A stretch of DNA of 64,000 nucleotides from Lachnospiraceae bacterium Phil5 (GTDB lineage Bacteria; Bacillota; Clostridia; TANB77; CAG-508): positions 438,832 to 502,831 of the forward strand of contig NWBM01000002.1 in NCBI GenBank assembly GCA_002633185.1. Direction: 5' to 3'. Below are positions 1 to 9,035 of the stretch, one piece after another (position 1 is the first letter of the stretch; each line of letters opens with the position of its first letter). The notes below the pieces were generated by a model. That model was not told the DNA's origin, made no database searches, and saw only the letters and a program-made list of their open reading frames with translations. The translations under genes were made by a program, and so were the position numbers.

Positions 1-90
1 AATATTATTGATGTTTTAAACATCACTTGGCTATTATATCACTTTGAATATACGTTTTCAAGTGTTTTTTCTTTTTTCTAAAAAATTATT

Positions 91-119
91 GACTTTATTG
101 ATTTAAAAGTGTATACTAA
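91..119 (+). promoter_or_regulatory. Candidate sigmaA-type promoter (TTGACT-17nt-TATACT) for ORF 199..624
   Basis: Near-consensus -35 TTGACT (91-96), a 17-nt spacer, and -10 TATACT (114-119). It sits about 80 nt upstream of a strong RBS/ATG. Confidence 0.4.
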
Positions 120-198
120 CACCAATTGCAGTTTTAATAGCTGCTTTTATTGTCCGAATATTCACCATTTTGAAACAACCTTAAGGAGGGAAACAACA

Positions 199-624
199 AT
201 GAAACCAAATGTGTGTGCTTTAATTAGCAAATTCGGTCCAACAAACTACAGTATTGCTATACTGTACGGCAACGCAGAGTCCAGTGACTGTCCTCAAGAA
301 GCTACTGGCATTGTGGATGAAAATGTGGCTTTGCTTGCTTGTGAACTCACTCAGGAGCTTCCTATCCCTGGCGGTGAAACTCGTAATACCACGTTTTTCT
401 ATGACAGCGACACATCAGGATCTCTTCAGAAAGCAGCATCTACCAAACTTACCACGGCAGGCATTCCTAACAACAAGAACATGATTCTTGCATATATGGA
501 CAATGTTAATGCCAAGGTTCTTGCCACTATGCTGAACGAAATACAAGCTGCTGCATTGAAAGCTGGCGGAAAATTTTCGTACTGTGGCATTCATCTTCCG
601 GTAGCTGTTCCTGTATCGAAATGA
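199..624 (+). CDS. Hypothetical protein, compositionally foreign (about 44% GC vs about 27% background)
   Basis: Strong RBS AAGGAGGG at 183-190 with ATG at 199; the track ORF 109..624 carries an unsupported N-terminal extension. GC content is clearly above the surroundings, and the ORF contains an in-frame CCG. A GC hairpin terminator follows. I do not recognise a family. Confidence 0.5.
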   Translation: MKPNVCALISKFGPTNYSIAILYGNAESSDCPQEATGIVDENVALLACELTQELPIPGGETRNTTFFYDSDTSGSLQKAASTKLTTAGIPNNKNMILAYMDNVNAKVLATMLNEIQAAALKAGGKFSYCGIHLPVAVPVSK

Positions 625-630
625 GTCACA

Positions 631-667
631 AAAAAATGCACGTTTTATACGTGCATTTTTTATTTTT
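631..667. terminator. Bidirectional rho-independent terminator
   Basis: A-run, then hairpin TGCACGT-TTTATAC-GTGCA, then T-run. It terminates plus ORF 199..624 and the convergent minus ABC permease. Confidence 0.6.
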
Positions 668-1889
668 GCTTATAAAGCTTCAAAGCATCTTTTAAACTAA
701 TTTTCTTTCCATAATTTAATATTGCATTTGAATATATTTTTATTGTTACCTTAGCAATTATTGCACATGTAACAATCAAAATTGCAATTGAAATTGCCAC
801 ATCTTTTGGTCCTGAAATTCCCATCATAACCCTAAATGGCATACATAATGGTGATGATATTGGTAGTAATCCAGCAATTTGATTTAACTCACTTGTTGGA
901 TTCATCATTGTAAAATATGATAAATAAAATCCAACAACTGTTATCATTGCAACAGGCATATTAGCAGATTGTATATCCTCTGGTTTGCTTACTGTAGAAC
1001 CTGTTAATGCATATAATAAAGCAAATTCTAAATATCCTAACACAAAATAAACTGCTGTAATTATTCCTAATCCAACTGTTATGTTTGACATATCTAAAAC
1101 TGAATCTAACAATTCTTTATCTAAAAATGCTTTTGCACTAAAGAATGCCGTACCAACTATTAATACCATTTGGCACAATCCTATAAGCCCAATTCCCAGT
1201 GTTTTTCCCCATATTATGTTTTTAGGACTTGTTGATGTAACTAATGTTTCCATTATTTTTGATGTTTTTTCTGTTGTTATTGAACTTGATATTTGTGCAA
1301 CACAGAAATAAATTCCAAAGAATAATATCATAGACATTATCATCATTACTAATACATTTCCATTAGCTCTTTCTGTATCAGTTTGTTCTAAACTAAATTC
1401 GAAGTTTGGAGAAATAGATTTTAATTGTTCTTCTGATAATCCTAATTTACTAATTTGTAAACTTGTGTATAATGAATTCATTGTGTTTATAATTCCTTCT
1501 GGGACTTCTTTCATCATCGTTGTATTCTTTACAACATATCTGCTTTTTATTGTATTATCTTCCTTTTCAACAATTACAGCATCTTGAATATCTCCATTTT
1601 CAATTTTTTGTTTTACCTCATCAAATGTTGCTTTTCCAATTTCAATTTCATATTTTGTGTTTAACTGTTTTAGTATTTCTAAATTTCCTTCAAAAACATC
1701 ATCATTATCAACTATTAATAATTTATCATTACTTTTTTCACCACTAAATTTTTTTATTAAATTTGGTACATTAAATCCAACCACTATTAAAACCAAAATA
1801 ATTAAAGTTGATATTAAAAATGATTTTCTTCTTACCATTTCTTTCATGGTGAATTTCATTACTATAAACATATCTTTCATATTATTCAC
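660..1889 (-). CDS. ABC-2 family transporter permease (NatB-like)
   Basis: 409 aa with an N-terminal TM, a large extracytoplasmic domain and a C-terminal 5-6 TM bundle. It overlaps the upstream ABC ATPase by 8 nt, an operon arrangement. Confidence 0.75.
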   Translation of the reverse strand: MNNMKDMFIVMKFTMKEMVRRKSFLISTLIILVLIVVGFNVPNLIKKFSGEKSNDKLLIVDNDDVFEGNLEILKQLNTKYEIEIGKATFDEVKQKIENGDIQDAVIVEKEDNTIKSRYVVKNTTMMKEVPEGIINTMNSLYTSLQISKLGLSEEQLKSISPNFEFSLEQTDTERANGNVLVMMIMSMILFFGIYFCVAQISSSITTEKTSKIMETLVTSTSPKNIIWGKTLGIGLIGLCQMVLIVGTAFFSAKAFLDKELLDSVLDMSNITVGLGIITAVYFVLGYLEFALLYALTGSTVSKPEDIQSANMPVAMITVVGFYLSYFTMMNPTSELNQIAGLLPISSPLCMPFRVMMGISGPKDVAISIAILIVTCAIIAKVTIKIYSNAILNYGKKISLKDALKLYKQK

Positions 1890-2772
1890 CCACCTTTTCT
1901 ATAAAAATATCATTTAAAGTAGGTTTCTTTATTTCAAATTTGTCTACTTGTATATTGCTTGTAATTAGCTTATTTAGTAACTTATGAGCTGTTTCTTCTT
2001 CTGTTATTTTTATTATGTAATTATAATTTGCTTCATTTTCAATTGTTAAGCCATATTCATTTATATAGTTTGAAATATCTTGTTTTACATGTATTTCAAC
2101 TCTATTTGCAGAGTATGTTTCTTTTATTTCTTTTAAATTTCCTTGTAAAACGGTTTTTCCTTTATTTAAAATTAAAATATTTTCGCAAAATTCCTCTATT
2201 GTAGCCATTTGATGGGCCGACATTATTACGTATTTTCCGTTTTTTACTAAATTTATTATTATATTTTTTAATATTTCAGTATTAACTGGATCTAGTCCAC
2301 TAAATGGTTCATCTAATACTACTAATTCTGGATTATGAATTATTGCAGTCATAAATTGAATTTTTTGTTGATTTCCTTTTGATAATTTTTCTGCAGTCAT
2401 TGGTAAATATTCTTGAACTTTCAATTCTTTTGCCCATTTATTAATTGATTTTACTGCTTCATCTTTTTTCATTCCTTTTAATTCAGCAAAATACATTAAT
2501 TGATCAAATATTTTTGTTTTAGGATATACTCCTCTTTCTTCTGGTAAATACCCAAAATTAACATTTTTTCTATCAACAGTTTTACCTTTCCATGTTATTT
2601 CTCCACTATCTTTTTTTAATATTCCTAGCAACATTCTTATTGTTGTTGTCTTTCCAGCTCCATTTGTTCCAAGCAATCCGTAAACTCCTGGTTTCTCTAA
2701 GCTGAATGAAACATTATCAACTGCTTGTTTTTCAGCAAATGATTTTGATACATTTTTTAGAATTAGACTCAT
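1882..2772 (-). CDS. ABC transporter ATP-binding protein (NatA-like)
   Basis: Walker A GLLGTNGAGKTT, signature LSKGNQQK, Walker B VVLDEPFSGLD. Confidence 0.9.
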   Translation of the reverse strand: MSLILKNVSKSFAEKQAVDNVSFSLEKPGVYGLLGTNGAGKTTTIRMLLGILKKDSGEITWKGKTVDRKNVNFGYLPEERGVYPKTKIFDQLMYFAELKGMKKDEAVKSINKWAKELKVQEYLPMTAEKLSKGNQQKIQFMTAIIHNPELVVLDEPFSGLDPVNTEILKNIIINLVKNGKYVIMSAHQMATIEEFCENILILNKGKTVLQGNLKEIKETYSANRVEIHVKQDISNYINEYGLTIENEANYNYIIKITEEETAHKLLNKLITSNIQVDKFEIKKPTLNDIFIEKVGE

Positions 2773-2869
2773 AGCTTTTATTCCTTTCTTTTATGATTTA
2801 ATAATCCTTTAGATTATATATTTTTTACAATTTTAAGTCAATATAATAACTATGTTTAACTGTAGAGCA

Positions 2870-2905
2870 AAAAACCACTTCAATTTATTTGAAGTGGTTT
2901 TTATT
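2870..2905. terminator. Hairpin terminator downstream of tRNA-Glu (bidirectional)
   Basis: AAAACCACTTCAA-TTTATT-TGAAGTGGTTTT flanked by A-run and T-run; it directly abuts the tRNA 3' end at 2907. Confidence 0.5.
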
Positions 2906-2906
2906 T

Positions 2907-2981
2907 TGGTGACCCGTACGGGAATCGAACCCATGATTCGGCCTTGAGAGGGCCGCGTCTTAACCGCTTGACCAACGGGCC
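2907..2981 (-). tRNA. tRNA-Glu (anticodon CUC)
   Basis: Reverse complement folds as a 75-nt cloverleaf: acceptor GGCCCGT/ACGGGTC, T-loop TTCGATT, anticodon stem CGGCC/GGCCG, loop CTCTCAA, 3' CCA encoded. The body is near-identical to Bacillus tRNA-Glu but carries C34 instead of U34. Confidence 0.85.
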
Positions 2982-3049
2982 ATAAATAGTAAGCTTTTAA
3001 AAAACTTACTATAATGTTATAACATATTTTTTACCAGTTCGTCAATGCT

Positions 3050-3466
3050 TTAAAAACATAATTTTAAAATTTCTGCTAATCTTTCATCTTTTTTAGTTAA
3101 ATATAAATATCCTATTAAACCTTCAAATGCTGTTGAATACATATAATCTGCTGGATCAGCATTTTTAGGTAAATGATGGTTTTCTGCATTTCTTGCCCTT
3201 CTTACTATGTCTTTTTCTTCATCTGTTAGTACTTCTTCTAATTTTTTTAATAAATCAGCTTGTGCCTTTGCTTTTACATATTTTATTGATTCTAAATGTA
3301 ATTTATGAGGTTTTAGTTTTGTGTTGTTTACTAGATTTGTTCTTATGTATAATTCGTAAACTGCGTCACCCACATAAGCCCATGTTAATGGTGATAGCAT
3401 GTTTATGTCTGTTTCTGATTTTTCTCTATTTATTAACTCTTTCATTAAATTACTCCTTTTTTTCAA
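3050..3466 (-). CDS. mrnC: Mini-ribonuclease 3 (Mini-RNase III)
   Basis: 138 aa; AYVGDAVYELYIR RNase III-like signature motif. Confidence 0.8.
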   Translation of the reverse strand: MKKRSNLMKELINREKSETDINMLSPLTWAYVGDAVYELYIRTNLVNNTKLKPHKLHLESIKYVKAKAQADLLKKLEEVLTDEEKDIVRRARNAENHHLPKNADPADYMYSTAFEGLIGYLYLTKKDERLAEILKLCF

Positions 3467-4358
3467 TAGTAATTCTTCCTAATTTTCCGCTTCTAAACTC
3501 ATCTAACAATATTCCAGAAATTTTTTCATAATCAATTCTTCCACCAGAAAGTATTGCTCCTCTTTTTGTTGCAATAATATTTAATACTTCTAAATAATTA
3601 TCATTTTCATCAACATCCTTGTTTTGTAAAACATCTTGAATTTCTTGCTTTTCTAGTTTGTATCTTTCTACAATATTATCTAAATAATTATTCAACAAAA
3701 ATTTTAAAAGTTCAAATGCAATTTCTGTTTTTTCTAAAATGTCATCTTTAATTGTACCTGTAAATGCCAAATTCATTCCAACTTCTTGGCTTTCAAATTT
3801 AGGCCATAAAATACCTGGCGTGTCCATTAATTCTATTTCATTATCCACCTTTACCCATTGTTTTTGTCTTGTAACACCTGGCTTATTTCCAACTTGCGCT
3901 GTTTTTCTTTTTGTTATTTTATTAATAAATGTTGACTTCCCTACATTAGGAATTCCTAAAATCATTATTCTAATTGATTTTCCAACTCTTCCTTTATTGC
4001 TGAATTTTTCTTGATTTTCTTTTGATACTTCTTTTACTGCTCTTATTACTTCATTTACGCCTTTACCAGAATTGCAATCTACACTTATTGCTGGAATTTC
4101 TTGTTCTTTAAAGTATTTAATCCATTTATTTGTTTCATTTTCGTCTGCCAAATCACTTTTATTTAGTACTACTACTCTCTTTTTGTTTTTGCAATATTCT
4201 TTTATGTCTGGATTTTGGCTAGATATTGGTATTCGTGCATCTAAAACTTCTACTATTACATCTATTAGTTTTAGGTCTTCTAGTATTTGTCTTTTTGTTT
4301 TAGCCATATGGCCCGGATACCAGTTTATATTAGTTTTATTTTCATTCATTTGGATCAT
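3450..4358 (-). CDS. rbgA: Ribosome biogenesis GTPase A (YlqF/RbgA)
   Basis: NWYPGHMAK N-terminal motif; circularly permuted GTPase motifs (LNKSDL then GIPNVGKST). Confidence 0.85.
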   Translation of the reverse strand: MIQMNENKTNINWYPGHMAKTKRQILEDLKLIDVIVEVLDARIPISSQNPDIKEYCKNKKRVVVLNKSDLADENETNKWIKYFKEQEIPAISVDCNSGKGVNEVIRAVKEVSKENQEKFSNKGRVGKSIRIMILGIPNVGKSTFINKITKRKTAQVGNKPGVTRQKQWVKVDNEIELMDTPGILWPKFESQEVGMNLAFTGTIKDDILEKTEIAFELLKFLLNNYLDNIVERYKLEKQEIQDVLQNKDVDENDNYLEVLNIIATKRGAILSGGRIDYEKISGILLDEFRSGKLGRITIEKKE

Positions 4359-4363
4359 CTCCT

Positions 4364-4753
4364 TTATTTATATAATTCAATATAACCAAGTTTTAGAAAA
4401 TGATTTATTTCATCATAACACCCTACTTCTTTACTTGGCATTTTATAAATATATATCTTATGATTATTATTAACTTGAATTTTCTTTACTACTAAATTAC
4501 TTAATTCAGCAAAAGATTCATAACCTATATATCCTTCTATTCCGTTTTTATCCAAATTTAATAAAATTAAATCATCTGTCTTGTTTAGACTTTCATAAAA
4601 TCTTTCATATGCTTCTTTATATTCCATTTCAATATTTACATTTATATTTTTAGGATAATCTATTACATTATAATTCTTATCTTCTAATTCTTTTTTCAAT
4701 TCTAATGCTTCTTTATAAAACTTTGCAGATCCTGCTATTACTATTTTTCTCAT
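4364..4753 (-). CDS. Hypothetical small Rossmann-like protein (possibly nucleoside 2-deoxyribosyltransferase-like)
   Basis: 129 aa; MRKIVIAGSAKFY...IEGYIGYESFAELS. Family assignment is uncertain. Confidence 0.4.
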   Translation of the reverse strand: MRKIVIAGSAKFYKEALELKKELEDKNYNVIDYPKNINVNIEMEYKEAYERFYESLNKTDDLILLNLDKNGIEGYIGYESFAELSNLVVKKIQVNNNHKIYIYKMPSKEVGCYDEINHFLKLGYIELYK

Positions 4754-4994
4754 ATTAACTCCTTTTTTTATTAAATATTTAAAAATGTCAATTTCAAAAA
4801 TTCAGTATTTTCAATAGTTTGATTAGAATTTTCCTATAATCCCCGTATTGCAATTTATATTCATTTTATTATCTTCCACTTAAATCATTTCTTTCATACT
4901 TTTTAACAATTCTTTCTATATTTTAACATAAAATCAATTTATTTTCAATCTTCTACTTTTCTTCATTCTTAAACAACAAAAAAACAACCCCTAT

Positions 4995-5846
4995 TTAATA
5001 AAGATTGCTTTTAATTAAATTAAATGTTTTGCAAATATTACACTCTTTGCAAATAATAATTCTTCCTTTAAATATCAATTGCAAAGTATTAATAAAATCA
5101 TCACCTTCTGCAATTAAATGCAAGATAATTTTCTTTGGTAATAAATTTAATAATTCATTTAAACAATAATCCTTTGAAGAAAAAGAAATATCTGATAAAT
5201 ATTTAGCTTTAAAAAATCTTTTATCATATGGAATTACATTTTCGTTTTCATCTAAAATAATTGGTTCAGAATTTGAATAAATTACATGCACTGTTTCTGC
5301 CTTGCTTGGCTGTGAAGTTATATAACCTTGTAACAACTGAATAAATTCCTTATATTCTTTGTCAATTATAAATTTATTAACAGCTATATCAACAACTTCT
5401 GTTAATAAACTTTTATATTCGAATAATCTGAAGTTTACAAATCCATCTAAAATGAAGTATTTGTGCTCATCTATATAATCCATAAAACTTATAAATATTT
5501 TCTCTATTCTATATTCGAAATCTTTTGTATTTTCATCATATAATATTTCTTTACAATTGCTTAAAATATATCTTTTTTCTATTTCATTAAAATAGAAATA
5601 GTCTGAATTTATTAGTCTTTTTACAAGATTAATTTCGTAAAATTTCAGAACGCAATCTGTAAGAACTTTGCCTAACTTCATTGCAAATATTTCTTCCTGT
5701 TTTCCTTTATAATGAACAATTATGTTTTTGTAATTTTTAAATTTATTTTTTGAAACATATATATTGCTTATGTCCATTTTTTCTATTTCTGTTAGTAGAT
5801 AATTTAAAATTATTTCATTATTGTTTTTTATGCAAAAAGATTTCAT
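4995..5846 (-). CDS. Hypothetical protein, YtxC-like (putative sporulation protein)
   Basis: 283 aa, soluble, lysine/asparagine-rich. It resembles YtxC-family proteins of spore formers; recalled from memory and not verified. Confidence 0.4.
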   Translation of the reverse strand: MKSFCIKNNNEIILNYLLTEIEKMDISNIYVSKNKFKNYKNIIVHYKGKQEEIFAMKLGKVLTDCVLKFYEINLVKRLINSDYFYFNEIEKRYILSNCKEILYDENTKDFEYRIEKIFISFMDYIDEHKYFILDGFVNFRLFEYKSLLTEVVDIAVNKFIIDKEYKEFIQLLQGYITSQPSKAETVHVIYSNSEPIILDENENVIPYDKRFFKAKYLSDISFSSKDYCLNELLNLLPKKIILHLIAEGDDFINTLQLIFKGRIIICKECNICKTFNLIKSNLY

Positions 5847-5913
5847 TTTAAAAAAATCCCCTTTCTAAAGCTAATATATATTATCTACTAAAAAACATTT
5901 AGATATACATATA

Positions 5914-6789
5914 TTATTCAAAGAAATGGGATTTTGAAGCTTGTAATTCTATTTTTTTATTATTTAAATATTTTAATTTGTTTTGCATATTTTCAAACTT
6001 GAATTCTAAACTATAGCTTGTTAATAATTGGTTTTTCTGTTTAAATTTTTTGTTTATTTCATTTATTCCATATTTTCCATCACCTAAAATTGGATGGCCA
6101 ATATGTGCCAAATGTGCTCTTATTTGATGCGTTCTTCCTGTGTGTAATTCTACATCTAATAACGCTAATTTTTCTTTTGTATTTTTCTTAATAACTTTGT
6201 ATTCAGTAATTATTTTTCTGTATCCTTTTTTAGGGACATCTGAAATATATACTAATGATTTTTTTGTGTCTTTAAATAAGTAACCTTCTAACGTTTTGCT
6301 ATCAGGACTTGGTATTCCTACAACAACACATCTATAATGCTTTATAATATTCTGATTTTTAAATGCTTCTAGTAATATTTCAAGTGATTCTTCGTTCTTG
6401 GCAAACAGCACTAAACCTGATGTGTTTCTATCTAGCCTGTGGCAAGGTTTTATGAAATTTCCTTGAAATTTATTTTTTGCATATTCTTCTAATGACTTAT
6501 CACCTGTAACTTCAATTTCTACTGGCTTATTAAACACTACTATATTTTCATCTTCATAAACAATTTCAATTTCTTCATTTTTGTAAAGTAATTCATCAAC
6601 TATATATACTTTTATTTCATCTCCTTCATATATAGTTTGATTTTCTGATACTTTTACATTGTTAATTTTTATATCTTTTTTTCTTAAAGCTTTGTATAAA
6701 TTGTTGTTTGTTAATCCATTGAAATTATCAAAAAGAAATGTATTTAATTTTTTTCCATCATATTTTTTATCTACAATTAACTCTCTCAT
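5914..6789 (-). CDS. RluA-family 23S rRNA pseudouridine synthase with N-terminal S4 domain (RluD/RluC-like)
   Basis: HRLDRNTSGLVLFAKN catalytic Asp motif; S4-like N-terminus. Confidence 0.85.
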   Translation of the reverse strand: MRELIVDKKYDGKKLNTFLFDNFNGLTNNNLYKALRKKDIKINNVKVSENQTIYEGDEIKVYIVDELLYKNEEIEIVYEDENIVVFNKPVEIEVTGDKSLEEYAKNKFQGNFIKPCHRLDRNTSGLVLFAKNEESLEILLEAFKNQNIIKHYRCVVVGIPSPDSKTLEGYLFKDTKKSLVYISDVPKKGYRKIITEYKVIKKNTKEKLALLDVELHTGRTHQIRAHLAHIGHPILGDGKYGINEINKKFKQKNQLLTSYSLEFKFENMQNKLKYLNNKKIELQASKSHFFE

Positions 6790-6878
6790 ATGAACATATT
6801 ATGCCATATTTTAAGTATTATTGTCAAATTTAGGAATTTATGATATACTTTAAATAGAAATTTTTTATGGAGGAAATT

Positions 6879-7838
6879 ATGGAAAATAAAAAATTAGTAA
6901 CTATTCTAATTCCAGCATATAATGAAGAAGAAGTTTTAAATATGCTTTATGAAAGACTTTATAGTATTATGGAATCTGTTCCAAACTATAATTTTGAACT
7001 ACTTTTTGTTAATGATGGAAGCAAAGATAATACTTTAAATATAATAAAAGATTTAAGAAAAAATGATAAACGTGTTTGTTATTTAAATCTTTCTAGAAAT
7101 TATGGTAAAGAAATTGCAATGATAGCAGGACTTGATTATTCTAAAGGAGATGCAGTTATTATAATTGATGCCGATTTGCAAGATCCACCAGAGCTTATCC
7201 CTCAAATGATTTCTTTATGGGAACAAGGTTATGATGATGTTTATGCTAAAAGAAAATCTAGAAAAGGTGAAACATGGTTAAAGAAATTCACATCAAAAAT
7301 GTATTATAAAACACTTCAAAGTGTAACTAAAATAGAAATCCAAAAAGATACTGGAGATTTCAGATTGTTAGATAGACGTTGTGTGGAAGCTTTAAAGCAA
7401 TTCAGAGAATCTCAAAGATATACAAAAGGCTTATTTAGCTGGATTGGTTATAATAAAAAAGAAATTTTATATGATAGAGACCCTAGAGCAGCTGGAAAAA
7501 CAAAATGGAATTATAGAAAACTTATCAATTTATCTATAGACGGAATCACATCATTTACAACCGCACCATTGCGTTGGGCTACAACAACAGGAATTTTTAT
7601 TTCTATAATAGGTTTTATTTATATGATGTTTATAATAATAAAAACTTTAGCCTACGGTGTAGATGTACCAGGATATTCTTCTACTATGGTTGTAATTCTA
7701 TTTATTGGAGGAATTCAACTAGTATTCTTAGGAATAATTGGCGAATACCTTGGAAGAGCTTTTTACGAAAGCAAGCATAGACCAATTTATTTTATTGATA
7801 CTTATAACGAAGAAAAAGAAACAAATCTACCTAAGTAG
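6879..7838 (+). CDS. Family 2 glycosyltransferase, polyprenyl-phosphate sugar transferase type (GtrB/ArnC-like) with C-terminal TM helices
   Basis: VTILIPAYNEEEV...FVNDGSKDNT...DADLQDPPE GT2 motifs plus two C-terminal TMs. The start is set at ATG 6879 after GGAGG; the track start 6867 overlaps the RBS. Confidence 0.85.
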   Translation: MENKKLVTILIPAYNEEEVLNMLYERLYSIMESVPNYNFELLFVNDGSKDNTLNIIKDLRKNDKRVCYLNLSRNYGKEIAMIAGLDYSKGDAVIIIDADLQDPPELIPQMISLWEQGYDDVYAKRKSRKGETWLKKFTSKMYYKTLQSVTKIEIQKDTGDFRLLDRRCVEALKQFRESQRYTKGLFSWIGYNKKEILYDRDPRAAGKTKWNYRKLINLSIDGITSFTTAPLRWATTTGIFISIIGFIYMMFIIIKTLAYGVDVPGYSSTMVVILFIGGIQLVFLGIIGEYLGRAFYESKHRPIYFIDTYNEEKETNLPK

Positions 7839-7846
7839 GTTTTGGG

Positions 7847-7878
7847 TAGATTTTTTGGGACACCTCACAAAAACATCT
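7847..7878. repeat. Copy 1 of a ~32-bp palindromic repeat with GGGACACCTC core
   Basis: TAGATTTTTTGGGACACCTCACAAAAACATCT. It is similar to copies at 8308-8335 and 57067-57100 (reverse orientation) and lies between convergent GT2 and rhodanese genes. Confidence 0.6.
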
Positions 7879-7952
7879 TGAAAAAATTTTAATGACACAT
7901 GCACAAAAACATTTTATACGAGTTTTTTACATGTGTCTTATTTTTTCTAAAT

Positions 7953-8291
7953 CTATATATTATCTATTCCACCTTTTAAATTATAAACATTTAAATACCC
8001 TAGCTTCTCCAGTTTTAAACATGCTTTTCTACTTCTTCCCCCAGATTGGCAATACACAACAATTAATTCATTTTTATTTTTTATAATTCTTTCTATTTTT
8101 TCTCTTATATCTTGTAAAGGCACATTTATAGCCATATTCAAATGACCTGAATAAAACTCATCTTTTGTTCTAACATCAATAATCCATATTTTTTTATTAG
8201 TTCTCATCATTGTATTTAACGTTGGATAATCTATATCATTATTATATGAACGCATAAATCTATTATGCAGTCTATCAATCAATCTTTTCAT
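7953..8291 (-). CDS. Rhodanese-like sulfurtransferase domain protein
   Basis: CQSGGRSRKACLKLEKLGY active-site Cys loop. Start chosen at the second ATG (8291), 7 nt after GGAGG. Confidence 0.8.
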   Translation of the reverse strand: MKRLIDRLHNRFMRSYNNDIDYPTLNTMMRTNKKIWIIDVRTKDEFYSGHLNMAINVPLQDIREKIERIIKNKNELIVVYCQSGGRSRKACLKLEKLGYLNVYNLKGGIDNI

Positions 8292-8307
8292 CATTCTTCC
8301 TCCTATG

Positions 8308-8335
8308 GATTTTTTGGGACACCTCCAAAAATCTA
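8308..8335. repeat. Copy 2 of the palindromic GGGACACCTCC repeat (in rhodanese 5' UTR)
   Basis: GGATTTTTTGGGACACCTCCAAAAATCTA; stem GATTTTTTGG/CCAAAAATC around a GC-rich loop. It is a direct repeat of copy 1 across the rhodanese gene. Confidence 0.6.
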
Positions 8336-8337
8336 CT

Positions 8338-8378
8338 AAAAAAAACATTATGATATATAATATTCATAATGTTTTTTT
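8338..8378. terminator. Bidirectional terminator hairpin
   Basis: A-run, then AACATTATGA..TCATAATGTT, then T-run; immediately downstream of the secF-like stop. Confidence 0.5.
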
Positions 8379-8382
8379 ATGT

Positions 8383-9015
8383 TTATTCTTTTTCACTTTT
8401 TATTTGTTTTTCAAATCCACATGCTAGGAATGTTGTAATTATAAAGAAGATTGCAATTGAACCAGGCATTACTAATCTATTTACTGGAAATCTTGTAATT
8501 GCAATTACTGAAACATATAATGCTTCTGCCAATGCATTTAGTATTATAAATTGTCCTATAACTTTTACAATTCCTATTTTTCTGTATCTAATAGACATAT
8601 ATACTAGTCCAACAATTGATGCTATTAACATTGGTAGTATAAATGATTTTGCTATATCTCTTAATCTGTATTTTGGAACTACTTTTACATTTATGCTTTC
8701 TGCTGTAGTTTCAAGTCCATATTTTTCATTTAATTTTGTACTTAACTTTTCTTTTTGTTCATCATTTATTCCATTTACATTTAATATTAATGTATCACTA
8801 TAAACTCCACTTGATTTAATTTCAACCTTTTCTTTAGGGAAAATTTCATCAGTTATTGATTTTATATCTGCCACTTTGAACTCTTGTCCAATTTGCACTG
8901 AAACTAAGCTATATTGTTTGTATGAATAATCTACTTTAAAGCCTAATACTGCAACAATAATTATACCAATAAGGATTACACCTGCTGTTGCTATAACGTA
9001 TATTTTATTTTTCAT
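8383..9015 (-). CDS. SecF-like membrane protein (short, divergent)
   Basis: 210 aa; an N-terminal TM, a periplasmic domain, then about 3 TMs. It sits downstream of a SecD-like gene within the yajC locus but lacks the canonical 6-TM SecF core. Confidence 0.4.
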   Translation of the reverse strand: MKNKIYVIATAGVILIGIIIVAVLGFKVDYSYKQYSLVSVQIGQEFKVADIKSITDEIFPKEKVEIKSSGVYSDTLILNVNGINDEQKEKLSTKLNEKYGLETTAESINVKVVPKYRLRDIAKSFILPMLIASIVGLVYMSIRYRKIGIVKVIGQFIILNALAEALYVSVIAITRFPVNRLVMPGSIAIFFIITTFLACGFEKQIKSEKE

Positions 9016-9035
9016 ATTTCTTATCCCTCTTTCAA

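Noticed and set aside
109-198. N-terminal 30 codons of track ORF 109..624 (MYTNTNCSFNS...)
   Set aside because: There is no RBS, and it overlaps the predicted promoter and 5' UTR. A strong SD AAGGAGGG sits exactly 8 nt before ATG 199, so the CDS is called 199..624.
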